Assembly (NCBI GenBank): GCA_943704425.1
Contig: CALSCP010001993.1
Location: forward strand, 1-64,000
DNA length: 64,000 nucleotides
Reading direction: 5' to 3'
Source: Ministeria vibrans ATCC 50519
Lineage: Eukaryota > Protista > Filasterea
Part shown: positions 36,691-49,957 of the stretch, one piece after another
How the letters are laid out: the number at the start of each line of letters is the position of its first letter
How positions within the stretch are numbered: the stretch's first letter is position 1
Program-made: the position numbers and the translations under genes
Notes under the pieces: model-generated
Database searches by the model: none
What the model saw: only the letters and a program-made list of their open reading frames with translations
Told to the model about the DNA's origin: nothing

Positions 36691-38158
36691 TCACTGCATT
36701 CGACAGTTCTCCTGGTCCTCCCCCTCATCATCAAGAGCCGTCGTTGTGCGCATTCGCTTCACTCCCCCTATTCCGCCTGTGCTCTCCTTCTCTTTTGCTA
36801 CATCTCCATCTTCTTCCCCAACGCATTCTCCCACGTGTCCTTCAAGACTCTTTCGCTTTCCACCACTATTCTCCTTCTCCGCCACACTCGCTGCTCTGAG
36901 CTCCAGCTCGGCCCTCTCATTGTGCCTTGCCGACACACATTCTTCTTCAAGTGTGTGTTCCTCCCTCTTTTCCATCTTGCGCTCCAACAAGTAATGTTCA
37001 TCTTCACGTGAGAATGGCTTGGTATGCTCAGATGGCACCGGTGACGATGTGTGTGTGGGTACGTGCGTGTGTGGGTTTGTGCCTGCGCTGTCCTTCTTCT
37101 TCTCCTCGTGTCCCCTCAACTCCCCCCGCTTCACCATTTCCATGGCACTGTCAAGTTGTCCTTGAAATTGAACCTGAAGTGCTTCCTTTTCTTGCGCCAC
37201 AATTTTCGCAGTCTAAAATCAACAAAATTGCACAAATAAAAACTTAGTATGCTTTTTTAAAATCGTTCCAAACTGAAATAGGTTTCGAACCTCAGCATGA
37301 GCTTGTTTTAGTTTCTCTATCAGCTCGCCATTTTGTTGCGTAAGATTCTTTTGCACTTCTCTGAGCACCTGCAAGTGTGAGGAATGTTAGCAGAGATATC
37401 AAATAAAAAGAGTACACAAACACATACCGCAATTTCGTCTCTCTGCTCACTCAGAGCTTCGAGCTGCTCCTCAGCACGCTCGGCACGCTTGATTGCAGCC
37501 TGTAAAGCACCACTTGCCTCGTTTCTCTCGTCCGCTGCTCTCGTGTTGGCATCGTCCCGTGCGCGTTCCACTGATGCGCACTTGGCGCGCTCTTCCAGCA
37601 CCAGCGCCTCCAGCTCGCCAACTCTGTCCATCAAGCTTGTCGCAGCCGCTTCAGCCGCCTGAATAGCCGGCACTAGCTCGCCGTACTTTTGCCTTTCGGC
37701 CTCGCGACTTGCCGTGAGGCGCTGTGCCTTCCCCTGCAGACGCACGACAAGAGCACCGCGTCAAAGCCACTCACGACTCTCTCATCGTTTGCCCCCCCCT
37801 CTTCCCTACCTCGCACTCATTCAGCGCCTTTTTCAGCTCAGTCGTCTACAAAGTCACATCAAAAGTGTCATGTTAATGCAAGCGGCAACTCTGCGCGTCG
37901 ATCAGTGGTCTTTTAGACATGTCATAATTTCAAATACAAAAAATAAAATTCAAAACGTAAACGAACACAGATTGTGTACTCTCGCTGAAAGCCTGTCGAT
38001 CGAGTCGGTCGCGTCGTCAAAGTCCATTTGAAGAATCTGCATGAAGTTGCAATGGGGTTGATGGGGGAGTCAAGATCAGAACGAGTCGAGCGGGAGTGAG
38101 TGTTGCGCGTTTATACCTCGAGTTGCGCTTGAGCGCCACACTCACAAGAAGAGGTCAT
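36691..38158 (-). CDS. Uncharacterised multi-exon coiled-coil protein
   Basis: ATG at 38158 (MTSSCECGAQAQLE|ILQMDFDDATDSIDRLSAR...). E/K/R/A-rich heptad exons at 37428-37735 and 36691-37210, with GT-AG boundaries. Confidence 0.6.
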
Positions 38159-38350
38159 TTTGATCCAATGGGTTGGGAGTGCTTAGTGATATTGAGCTCG
38201 CGGAAGACAACTGAATTACTGAAATATCAAATAAGTATTAAGATTTAAGTAAAAATTCGATGTCGAATGAATAATGATGAGCAACGAGAAAAAGGGACAA
38301 ATCAAAAACTTGATTAGAAAGTTGAAATTATTATTTAATATTTATCATCC

Positions 38351-39563
38351 ATGGTTCGAACTCGCTCACAGCTTGGCGCTGAGTCATCGCTGAGTCAGGG
38401 CCATGGCCCGCCGTCGTCGCTGTCCGCCCCGGCGACGCGCAAACGACTCCCGCTTGCGAACAACATCTTCGGCGCGCTTCTCGTCGTCCTCGTGCCTCTC
38501 CCTGCCATCTATTTCATGCAAACGTTTACAAGCAAGTGTGCAGGCGAGATTGCCAGTGCGGCGACGGCTGCCGAGGTCGCCACAGCGGACATTTTCACAT
38601 GGGACTTTTGGTCGGGCGACGCCACCCTTCTGCGCTGCAACTGGGCCCTCCAGCACCCCTTCTGGCTTCTCAACGCCATCTACATGCTCAACGTCAATGT
38701 CCTCTTTTGGATCATAAGGTAGCGCCCCGCCCCGCACGCCCCTCTCAAGCCTGAAGGTGTTTGTGCCGCTGTGTAGTGTCTTTCAGAATTCCTGCTGGCT
38801 CATTGATCCGTACTGGACGCTGATCCCCGTTCTCGTGGGCCACTACTACGGGGTGCATCCATTGGCACATGGCGATGCGACGCGCACCGCCGTCATGCTG
38901 GTGCTAGTGTATGTCTGGTCAGTGCGTCTCACCTACTCCTACTTTCGCCGAGAAGAATGGCAGTTTGGCGCATACGAAGACTGGCGCTTCACCGATTACC
39001 GCCGCCAATACGGATCACTCTGGCGTTACTGTCTCTCCTTTTTCATCTGCTACGTTTCACAACAACCCATGCTCATTGGTATCACCACACCCTTCTTTGC
39101 TGTGCACTTCCCCGCCGAGACCACACCGGTGCCCTTCAAGGCACTCGACGTACTCGCCGCTTGCTTGGCCCTTGGTGGCGTTGTCATTGCTCACGTGGCC
39201 GACACGCAATTGCGCGAGTTTATGGTGCGCAACGAAAAGCTTAAACTGGAGGGGCGCGCAAAGATCCCCGTGCTCAAGACGGGTCTGTGGCGTCTGTCGC
39301 GTCATCCCAACTACTTTGGCGAGCAGCTTTGGTGGTGGGCCTTTGCGCTGTTCGCCTGGGACTCGGGCTACTTTGCGCTTGTGTGTCTGGGTCCGTTTAT
39401 CAACTCACTGGTCCTTGCTTACGTCACAGTGCTCACTGAGCAACGCATCATCGAGCGTGCGCCCGCCAGACGAACTCTCTACCAACAGTACCAACGTGAG
39501 ACGTCGGTGCTCATTCCCTGGCCACCCTCCTCATCTCGTCTGGTGCACGACAAAGACAAATAA
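38351..39563 (+). CDS. DUF1295 / steroid 5-alpha-reductase-like membrane protein (intron 38719-38776)
   Basis: WLIDPYWTLIP, WSVRLTYSYFRRE, EDWRF, ADTQL and GLWRLSRHPNYFGEQLWW motifs, with several hydrophobic segments. Confidence 0.88.
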
Positions 39564-40197
39564 AATTCTCTCCGTTTGATCTTTGGGTTCTCAGTCAACT
39601 GATCTAATTTCTAAGTGAGTCAGTGAGAGAGTAGAGACACGCTTTCTTTTGGAGATTCAGAGAAAGTGGTTAAAATCCGAAGATCAAACTCACAAATATT
39701 TTTATATCCACGCTGTGCCTTATCTTTCCTACCCCATCATACCAATCAACGCGCCAACGTAACGCCCATCGAACACACTGCGCACTGCACGTAAGATTTG
39801 CGTTGAAGCTTTAGCGACTAACTCATCTCTGGCTGTCATTAAAAATCAAATTAATTTCAAACTGTCTTCCCTTTGCACAACTTCGGAATTGTACTTGCTA
39901 CGTCACAAAACTCACAACATCCACTCTTGACAGTATACGCAGCTACATACTTCGATCAACCACTTTCGGGCTATCGAAATTGTTGTGAGTGATTTCTCAA
40001 AAAAAAAAAAAACGACTCTTCGCATTCTTTGTTGTCGACCGCGCTAGGTCGTCTAACCCTTCCAGCGTGCCCTAAAACACACGTTCACAACCTGCGAGTG
40101 GATAGGCCTGTTTGTCAGTTTTTTTTTTTTTTTTTTTTGTGTTTGTCATTGGCTGATTTTTTTTTCTTCTTTTTTTCTACGTTTGACAGGAATTGAC

Positions 40198-41107
40198 ATG
40201 AATGTGGACGCGCTGTCGTTTCATGCCGACGGAGACGCCGCAGCGTACCACATGGTAGACGATGAAACGATGGCTGCGGCTGCGGCTGCGGAGCGGAAAG
40301 CGAGGCAAATCGAGCAGCAGCATCAAGTGAACATGAACGCCAATGGGCGGCAGAGGGTCAGCGGCCTGTACAAGACGGAGCTGTGCCACTCGTGGGAGGA
40401 GACCAGCGCATGCAAGTACAAGGACAAGTGCCAGTTTGCGCATGGCCACGACGAGCTGCGCCGCGTCTCACGCCACCCCAAGTACAAGACGCAGCTGTGT
40501 CGGACGTTCCACACGACCGGCCAGTGTCCCTATGGCCAGCGCTGCCACTTTGTGCACACCCTCGAAGAACTGCGCCCCTCCTCCGACTCCAGCGTTAACG
40601 ATGCCGCCGACGACCTCAACCGTGCCCCAAGCGCCGGCGAGCCTGTGTCGACGTCACCCGAGCGAGCGTCGTCGACTTCGTTGCCACCGGCCGGGTCGAT
40701 GTCTCCTTCGCACGCTTCGGCAGTTGATCGCCCCAGTACGGCTGTCACTCACGCCATGGCTGGTGCAATGGCCACGGCTGCCGCTGCCGCTACTAGTACC
40801 ACCGCTGCTCAGCAGAAGGGTCACTCGATGCGTCGTCGTTCCACCTCCACACCGCCCGTCACTTTTCCTTTTCCCGACTTCACCTCCTCAGTTGCCATCA
40901 CTCCTCCCAGTCTTTTTGCCGCTGCCGCAGCCGCCTCCAACTTTTACGGCAGTCATTCACCCCATGAAGTCTATCAGCTACTACTCGCTCAGGCTCAACA
41001 GCAACAAAAGCACCACCACCAGGCGGCACTCGCAGCAGTCGTCGCCCACCAGCAGCAGCAGCAGTTTCACATGCAGCGACACCAGGGCCAACAACAACAG
41101 CAGCAGC

Positions 41108-41198
<91 letters not shown>

Positions 41199-41238
41199 GC
41201 AGCAGCAGCAGCAGCAGCAACATCATCATTACCATCAA

Positions 41239-41269
<31 letters not shown>

Positions 41270-42408
41270 CGCATCATCATCATCATCATCCTCATAATGA
41301 GCAGCATCAGCATATGGCGACACCATCGGCACAACGTGCCTTTGCTGCCTTCCCACCCAATTCGCATGCCGACTGGTCTACCTCGTCCCATAGTAACGCT
41401 CACATGAACCCGAATCCTTCCCCCGAGTTTACTTTCGTCTCGAATTCGTCGTCCACCAATACGGCCACAGATCGAGACACCGCCACGTGCAACTCTGGCT
41501 CGTCACGCCAATCACCAACTTACCCGACTGCACTCTATCCCTCGTCATTTGTCAGTGCTTCCTCTGTCTCCAGTACTCCTGCAAGTCCCCTGGCCAGTTC
41601 ATCCGACACACTGCAACAGCAGCAGCAACAGCACGATCAACAGGCTCCGTCGCCGTACAGTCATCACCATCACCACCACGTGCATCAACAACGACAACAA
41701 CATCAGCATCTTCCCGAACGACCCAGCTCGCAGACTGCCTGGCCATCCATATCATCGAGCGACGGTATCACTGCCTTGTTCACCGCCTACACGGGTCTCG
41801 CTCGGCCGTCCACTGCCAGTCCTTCCTTGGCAACCACATCAACGTCGACACAACATGCCGACGCGGGCGACGTTCCCTCCCCCTCATCGTTGCTTAATCA
41901 CACGCTTGTCTCTGGCACCGGTCCGTCATCTCTCTTGCGAAGCGTCGATCAGCCCACATCCTTCAGCGCTGCCTCTTTTGACGAGGACGATGTTGACCAG
42001 GGGGACGACGCTCGCTTTGCCGTTGAAATAGCTACGTCGGTCATCCACGACCCGCACCACGACGCAGATCTTAACAGCGACACACACGTCGACGAGACGC
42101 TCTTCTCGTCGTCACCTCGCGGTTCCTCAGATACGACATCATCCAGCACGCACACTAGTCCGTCCGGCGCGTCCACCATGTCATCCAACGCTCCTTCCCA
42201 TTCCAACCCCATTCTTCCTCCTCAGGCACCTTCTTCCTCCTCTTCACTCCTTCCCTCATCCTCACACAACCCATTCCTCTGGGACTCCTTCAACGACACC
42301 ACCGCATCTTCCGACGCATCTCCTCTGCTCTCACGCCTTCTCCCTCTTATCAAACGAGATCCGTCTTCAACGCACTGCGATACTCGCGACGGCTCTCTTT
42401 CCCCTTAG
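40198..42408 (+). CDS. Tandem CCCH zinc-finger protein, ZFP36/TTP-like, with a 44-residue polyQ
   Basis: [27 protein letters not shown][28 protein letters not shown]. CAA/CAG run at 41089-41220. An acceptor at ~40189 suggests an upstream exon, so the start is uncertain. Confidence 0.88.
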
Positions 42409-42570
42409 TTCTTATCTATTTTATTTTAAATTATTATTATTATTATTATTTTCTAACTTATTATTTCAACGCAAAAATATTTAATTATTTTCTTATTAAG
42501 AATAAAATATTTATTTTTTGCGAACATGAGGTTATTTTAACATTTTTTTTCAAAACCAAAGAGAAGATAA

Positions 42571-45500
42571 TTACTGAGTCAGAGTCAGCGCAGACTCAAG
42601 CAATCGCTGGACAGTGCGCGGGCGCACAAGACGGCTGGCGAGGGCCTTGGACGCAACGAGGGAGACAGGAGAGGGCAGTAGAGCGCGCACTGAGTCGGAG
42701 TCCCACGCGTGCATGACATTGGCGACGGTTGCGCCAAAGACGGTCTTGGCGAGTCGCGCATGCAGCGTTGTATCGTCAAGCGTATGCTCTTCAATGTCCG
42801 CCGCGAGCGCATCCCATGCGTCCGCGTTGCACGCCACAGCGGCACTCCAGATGCCTTCGAGCAGTGTCGCCGTGGTGTCGTGAGCACGCGACGTCTGAGT
42901 GCGCGACAATACCTCAAGTGCCACAACAAAGTGCGCCCAGTCATTGCCCACTGATGTGTATGCACGCACAAGGTTGTCCGCAGATAGAGGTACCGTGCGC
43001 ATCGCCGACGTGACGGCGGGAACGTCTGGCAAACGCTCCTGCGACTTGACCAGGTACAGCAGCGTGTCAATGTGATCGATAGCCGATGCGACGTCACTGG
43101 TGTCCTCTTGGTCGCGCGTGCTGCTGAGCAGTGATAATTTCGCGATGGAGAGAAGTGTCTTCTTCTTGGCAAGCGACGCACTCTCACGCGTTGCCTCGGC
43201 AACCAGAGTCGCATGAGCACCGCCATACGCACCGCGTTGCAAATCGTGAAGCCAAGCGAGCGAAGGATGGGCACGTAAAAAGGCCGTGAGTGTGTCGTGG
43301 TGACGCGGCGGCTGCGAAAGAAGTTCGCGACGTCGATCGTGTGCCAGGTACCAGCGAAAGAGAAACTCGGCAAAGCCTTGCGCGGCAAACATGTCCATGT
43401 AGCTATCAAGGCGCACCGTGTCAACTCGGTCGGGCTCGCCGGTGCACAGTTGGACGAGCGTTGCAAAGTGGCGATAGCGCTCGGCGAGATCAAAGGCACG
43501 CTCGCGCTGGTGCACCATCTGCGCAAAGGGCGTAATGACGGTGGAGCACACCTCGCTGAACTGTTGGTGGAGTGCCGACGATGCACCAACTGACTCGTGC
43601 TGTTGCTGCCACGCAAGCTCCTCGTCAAAGCCAGCAAGGTAGAGGTCACCGAGTGTGTACAGTTGCTTGAGCAGTGCCGCATCGCCAGGGTGGGCACGCA
43701 CTGCTGTCAGGGTGAGCGAGTGTTGCGCATCGAGAGTCTGCCGAACAGTAGCATTTGCAAGGAGCGAGGGAACGACACCCCGCGCCCCACCATGCGCGGA
43801 TGTAATGTTCTCGTCGAGATGATACGTGGAGCGGTGGGCCGCAGAATAGCCTTGCGCGGCCGCCAACATAGCTGTGGTGGTACCGTTGAGAGCGCTGAGC
43901 AACTGCATGGGTCGATCCTGCGGCTGGTCGTGACGGTGCTGTTGTTGTTGCTGCAACTTGGCGAGGTGAGCGTGCTCGACAAGCAGCGCCGACACAAGTG
44001 ACTCGATGCGCGATACTTCGCGGTAGAAGACGTCCTGGGCGCCAAGACCGGTGCCCATCCAGCGATTGGGGGCAATGTGACGGGTCTCGAGACAGCGACG
44101 CATCGCACCTTCGAGCAGCACGCGTGTAGTGTCGTCGTGTGCCAAGGTGCTCTGGTACTCGCGCAGCGCCAGTGCCACGGCCAACTGCTGTGCATGCACA
44201 CAGAGACGGGCGCGCGCCGACGCGTCAAGGACGGGCCACAAGGCGAGCGTGTCAACGAGCTCAAGAAGAACCTGATGGCGACGGTGCTTGACCTGCAACT
44301 GACGCATTAGAATAACCGAGGCAACATCCGACGTGCCCAGCGACTGATCGACCATGGCCGCGTGCATGGGACCGAAAAGACCGCTTTCAGCCCAGCGAGG
44401 ATCAGCGCCAGGGAACGCATCGAGCACGCAAAAGGAGCTCAGGTGGACAATGGCAGAGGACACGTCGGTGGCAGGTGTCGCTTGCAACAGTTGAGTGACG
44501 GTGTGACCTGCACGAGTGTCACCATTGCAACGTGCTGTGAATGCCGCCACAAGCTGCTGTTCGCGTTGCTCGCGTGCATCCAACGATGCCGCTGTGGTTG
44601 TTGTCGTGGCGCCTGCAGGGATCGCAGTTGTGGCAAGGGAAGTAGTAGTGGGAGGCGATGCAGGAGCAGGCGCCACTGTGTCCTGGTCGAGATCGGGTTG
44701 AGAGACACGCACGACACCCATGCGGGCACTGACGGCAACAATCGATGACGATGACGACGACAACGACACTGTTGTGTTGCTGCTTGACGACAGGCCCAGC
44801 AGGGTGTCGTTAGCGCGCAGGGTGAGCATGTCGAGTGGAAGGTCGTCGGCTGCTGCTGCGACTGCGCTCATAATGACCGAGTCGACGCTGTAGACAAAAG
44901 CAGCAAGACTGGAGTGAGCAAGACAGAGACGCCATCCAAGCAATTGGTCAAGATGAAGCGGGTCGTAGTCGGGCGAGTGAGCGAGGTTGGTGATGTCGCC
45001 GAGGACGAGTGCGCGTGAGGAGGCCGAGCCGTGGATGGGGGGCGCCGTTGCCCCACTGTGAGCCTGCACGAGCGAGTACACGACAATGGCATCGGGGGTG
45101 TCGACAATGGACGCGGCAAGCACGACAAGACCTGCACTGGGACTCCATTGCAGATCGAGCAGCCACACGGTGAGCTCGAGTGACTTGTTTTCCTCTTCCT
45201 CGAGCAGACGGTCCATTACGAGACGTCGCAAGTCACACTCGAGCACAAACTCGGCACTTGCCGCCTGACCACGCATCGCCGGCGTAAATCCACCGCCACG
45301 CACGGCAACATCTTCGCGGGCGCCAGTCACATGCCACTTTTCCAGCTTATGCCCGTCGCGCAAGACAAACAGCTCGCGCACGTCCTGCTCATTCACGAGC
45401 GAGTGACCGAGCGCCGCCAACGGCATGCCGTGCGCACTGCCTCCATGTTCAAGAGGATTGCGGCCACCAGAAGGAGTCCTTGCACCGCCGCCCGAGCCAA

Positions 45501-46260
45501 AGACCGAGTCAAAGACGGAGGTGAGCATGGAACGGGGTCGTTCGAGGGGACGCACAAGCAGCCGACCGTCCGAGTACATGATGGAAATGAGCGTGGCCGA
45601 GCCCGACGGAGACATAGCAATGAGGGTGTTGTTGACGCACAAGCTCAGCTGATGGACGCCTTCGCTGAGGGGCTCGTGGACGTGCGCGTCTTTCCACACG
45701 TCGGGCCAAAACGTCAAGCCTCCGCCGTGCTGTCCGCTTGCTGCCGCCAGCGCAGTGACGCCGTTCAATTCAACGGCGCAACACGCACGCGCATCGCAAG
45801 GAAGCCGCTCGGGCGCCAAAGGGATGTGTCGACAAGCAGGATTCTGTAACGAGAAAATAATTAAAAAAAAGTTGAGGTGTTTCAAAAAAAAAAAAAAAGA
45901 AGTATCATTCTCTTTTCCGTTTCATACTCTTGACGAAGAGGCTGTCAGCGACGACGGCGACAAGGACCAGACGTAGATACCGGAGGAGGCAACGACCCAG
46001 GCGATGGAGGAGGCACAGGCGGCGCTCAGCGACGAGGCGGTGCGTTCGTCGACGAGCAGGTCGCGCACCGGCGACGGCAACGGGCCAATCTTGTCAATGC
46101 GATGGCGCGACGTGTGCTCCAGCACGACGGGCGCCGCCGACGCTCTCGTCACTGGTGTGGCAGCAGCCGGGGTCGTGGCGGTTGCTGCTGGGGCGTGGCG
46201 TGGCGTGAAAGGCGTGGTTGCCGATGGGCGTTGGGGCGTGCGCAGTTGCGAGGTGAACAT
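42571..46260 (-). CDS. NUP133: Nuclear pore complex protein Nup133 (2 exons)
   Basis: DAFPGADPRWAES, SVILMRQLQVKHRRH, QDVFYREVSRI, AFDLAERYRHFATLVQLC, LAWLHDL and KKKTLLSIAKLS match Nup133 signature segments; about 1,200 aa. Confidence 0.88.
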
Positions 46261-46571
46261 GATACTCTCTCAAATCCCGACACAGCGTACACACTATATG
46301 ACCGAGGCGTGATTTACAATTGTGGGGTTGGACTAAGAAATATCACAAAATTTTGATTTGAATTTTGATTTTTGAAAACTGAAAATTCACAACGTAACTC
46401 ACGTAAGTCGCTCGTCAATTGACAGATTTGAATTTACTTTTTCTTCATTCATTTCAATCTAAAACTCTACTAAAGACTATCAAAATTCATACTAGAATTA
46501 TTATTATAAAAGGCGTAATAATTATTATTAATACGATTGTACTAGACCAACAGTTGCTTGCGTTTCATTTT

Positions 46572-48590
46572 TCAGTCCTTCTTGGACTTCTTATGCTTCT
46601 TCTTGGCAGCCTTGGCAGCAGCTTCGTCATCTTCGTCATCTTCGTCGTCGCTCGCCTTGCGCTTCTTGCTCTCCTTCTCCTTCTTGTCCTTCTTCTTCTT
46701 CTTCTTGTCCTTGGCACTGTCGAGCGTCGAGTCGGCGGCCGCATTGTACGTCGCACTTGTGTTGCTGTACGTCGTGGGCGCCACCGCCGCACCGCCCTTC
46801 TTGGCACGTCGCACCTGCTTGCCCTCCAGCTCTTGCACTCGCATCTCAACTGCCGCCCGTGACTCGCTTCCAATGTTCTCCTCAGCAGACTACGCAAGTT
46901 ATCATCGTCAATAGGCACAATGGCAAACTAAAATTGGTCATGTGTTTGGCGTTACCTTCTCGCCAAGAGCATCGACACGCGCACAGAGACTGGTTTTGGC
47001 CGCAAGCACACGCGAGATCTTACCCTTGTGCTTCTGCGGTGCCTGACCGACCAACGTCGCGTGGTAGATGAGACCGTACTGAGAGGATCAAGACAGAGGT
47101 CTGTCTGTGTTTTGCGATGAAAAAAAAAAAAAAAAAAAAAAAAACGATAAGAGTAAGTACGATGATTGCGTGGTATTTTCATGAACTACGTTACCTTGGG
47201 GGTGTCATGCTTGGTCTTGAGCGCGCGGAAAAGAGCCTTCTCGGCACCGAGAATCTGAACTGTCGACGCAGGGTGTTTGGCGAGGGAGAGCAGAGAGCCG
47301 GCGTGCGAAATGAGGCGCGCACCGACAATGTTACCGACCAGTGTCGTCACATTGGGCGCAATGGCCTGCATTCGGTTCTGGAGGAAAGCACAGTGTGTTG
47401 AGTAAGAGACACATCGATAAGGGAAGATGAAAAGGTTTACTTTGAGGTAATCGTGGAGTTGTTCGCGGTACTGTGCAATGTCGATGCACTGCTGCGCGAG
47501 CATCTTCACATTGCACACATCCTCATCAGAGACCTAATAGAACGCAAAGCCCCGCAAGGATCAGCTGCCATGCAAAACACATCATGCATAAATATATGCA
47601 TGCGCGTACCTCTGTGCCCATGCTCATGCGCGCTGCCTCAACCAGCTCTGTCAGCACTTCCTCCTCAAGCACTGTCGTCAGGTCCACTGCCTCAATGTTT
47701 GCCCGAGAGCCCATCAGAAGCACACACTATTACATGGACAAAAAAAAACCATATATAAGAACCGACATGGACATGCACTCGCAAACTCGGGGTTACCTTT
47801 GCATACGCCAGGTTGTCCGTTACAATCTTTCCCATTTCGGGGAATCCCCAGCCGAACCACTCGCGCAGTCGCATACTGTAGGTATTGAGCTCCTTGTCCA
47901 GATCGTCCAGCAACGAAATTGCCTGCACGATCATTGTATCAACCTTGTCGGGACTACAAAGCAAACGGGAAAAGAATAAGAAAACGACACGTGTGTATCA
48001 AAGTGTGTGTACCTGAATTTGAGCTTATAGCGCGAGAGACTGTGAGACAGACCGAGCTGCATAGCATGCACCTCGCTGTCGGGAAGACCTGTATTAACAA
48101 AGAGGAGGAATGGGAGGGTGTGAGTGTACAATCGGAGATTGTTGCGGATGAGTAAAGGAGAGCGCATTAGAGCGGACAATTAGTGCCTCAGTGGTAGTGA
48201 CAAATAAGCTTATTTTCATCTGGGATTCTTTTTAAGAGAACCATTCAAATAAAACCTTTGATTTAATCCATCATAGACACACGCGAGAAAGAAAGAGTTT
48301 GGGGACAAAAAAGAGGGTCGTTTTTTTTTTTTTTTTTTGACTCNNNNNNNNNNNNNNNNNNNNNNNNNNNNNNNNNNNNNNNNNNNNNNNNNNNNNNNNN
48401 NNNNNNNNNNNNNNNNNNNNNNNNNNNNNNNNNNNNNNNNNNNNNNNNNNNNNNNNNNNNNNNNNNNNNNNNNNNNNNNNNNNNNNNNNNNNNNNNNNNN
48501 NNNNNNNNNNNNNNNNNNNNNNNNNNNNNNNNNNNNNNNNNNNNNNNNNNNNNNNNNNNNNNNNNNNNNNNNNNNNNNNNNNNNNNNNNN

Positions 48591-48625
<35 letters not shown>

Positions 48626-49169
48626 AGAACTGTTGACACGAGTAAAACGAATCCAAGTGGGTTTGAGGGGCACACAGTCGGCGTACCATTTGTTCGTCCA
48701 TTTTCCCCTCAGAAATGGCTGTGGACGCGGCCAGGGCGACGGTGGTGTCGTCGAATTTTGAGAATGCTTTCAACTTGAACCTACAAGAGCGATCGGGCGG
48801 GTGAGACGGTGCCGCAAGACAGCGCAGAGCGGTTTGAACAGCATAAAAGTAGAGTCGGCGGCCGAGAAGGAGCGGTACACGCCCGATTGTGAGGACCTCG
48901 CGGACAACGACGTGCGCTTTTTTTTTTTTTTTTTGTGCGTTCCACGACGGCCCACGCGCAGCTGACGAGGCCAATCCGGACGGCAGACGCGCGAAAAACA
49001 CACCAGCACGAGTGTGGGTCGTGTGCAGGGGTCGACGGGGGGTGGCTTACAGTTCGGAAGCGTCGGTGGGTGATGCGAACGACTTGAGCAGCGACGCCGG
49101 CGTGGTGATCTTGCTGTCCTTCACTTTGAAGAGCATGTAGCCCGAGGCGGACTCGAAAAGGAGCAGCAT
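46572..49169 (-). CDS. NOP58: Nucleolar protein 58 (box C/D snoRNP), multi-exon, interrupted by an assembly gap
   Basis: [11 protein letters not shown]..., [98 protein letters not shown] and a K/E/D-rich tail. Confidence 0.93.
48183..48280 (-). ncRNA. SNORD70: Intronic box C/D snoRNA, SNORD70-like (guide to 18S rRNA GGUAGUGAC)
   Basis: Minus strand reads GUGUCU-AUGAUGG (box C variant)...CAGAUGA (C')...UUAUUUGUCACUACCA-CUGA (box D)-GGCAC, with a terminal stem. The guide is complementary to the conserved 18S segment GGUAGUGACAA. Confidence 0.8.
48344..48590. other. Assembly gap (247 N) inside NOP58
   Basis: Run of N flanked by homopolymers. Confidence 0.99.
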
Positions 49170-49327
49170 TGTGATGGCAAAGAAGAAATGAAGTGACTTG
49201 AGTCTTGACTGAGTTGAGTGAGTTGACTCAGTTTAGACTTTTAGTCACTTCTGTACTTCGTATGTCCATCAAGAATTCTTTTTTCAACCCTCAAACTGAT
49301 CAAAGTGATCAACATAAATCTTTTCCA

Positions 49328-49904
49328 ATGTCGGTTTATCAGCGAAAACTTGTGGCCTTGGGCTATGCTCGTGCAGACGTATTTGACCCTGCCTCCGACG
49401 ACGAGCTTTTTCGCTTGATTGTGTGGCTCGAAGATATGCGAATCCGCCATTACAAGGTCGAGGAGCGTGCGGGGCTGCGAGACGCTTCTGACAGTGCTGC
49501 TTGGGCATCGGCCTTTAATCAGGTGCGCATCAATGGAGTGGTGACCTTGCTACGCCGCGAAACTCTCCTGAATGTCGAAAATTGGCCGATGTGTTTCGTT
49601 GTGCAATCGTTTTAACCTTTCCAACGTCTCTCCTGGCAGTACCTCAAAGATCTCGGAGCGCCCATTGCCGCCGAGGACACCTCCTCCATTCCGGCGGCCC
49701 GTGGCACCCTGACAGACTGGCTTTTAGGGTATGGAAGGAGTGATTCGTGCGAGTTTTTGTCTGATTTTGGACATTGGTAGCTATGCCATTCGCTTAGAGT
49801 ACTCTGACAACGCCGAAAAGTACACCCACGTAGCACAACAAGGAAAAGAGACGGGTGAACCCCTTCCCATTGACTGTATGTTTGTTAAAATGAGTGTGTG
49901 TGTG

Positions 49905-49957
<53 letters not shown>

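Noticed and set aside
40053-40060. CTAACCCT as a telomerase RNA template
   Set aside because: Only 8 nt, lies in the 5' region of the ZFP36-like gene, and has no supporting structure.
40898-41407. Poly-Leu/Val/Asn ORFs
   Set aside because: Alternative-frame or antisense readings of the CAA/CAG polyQ tract.
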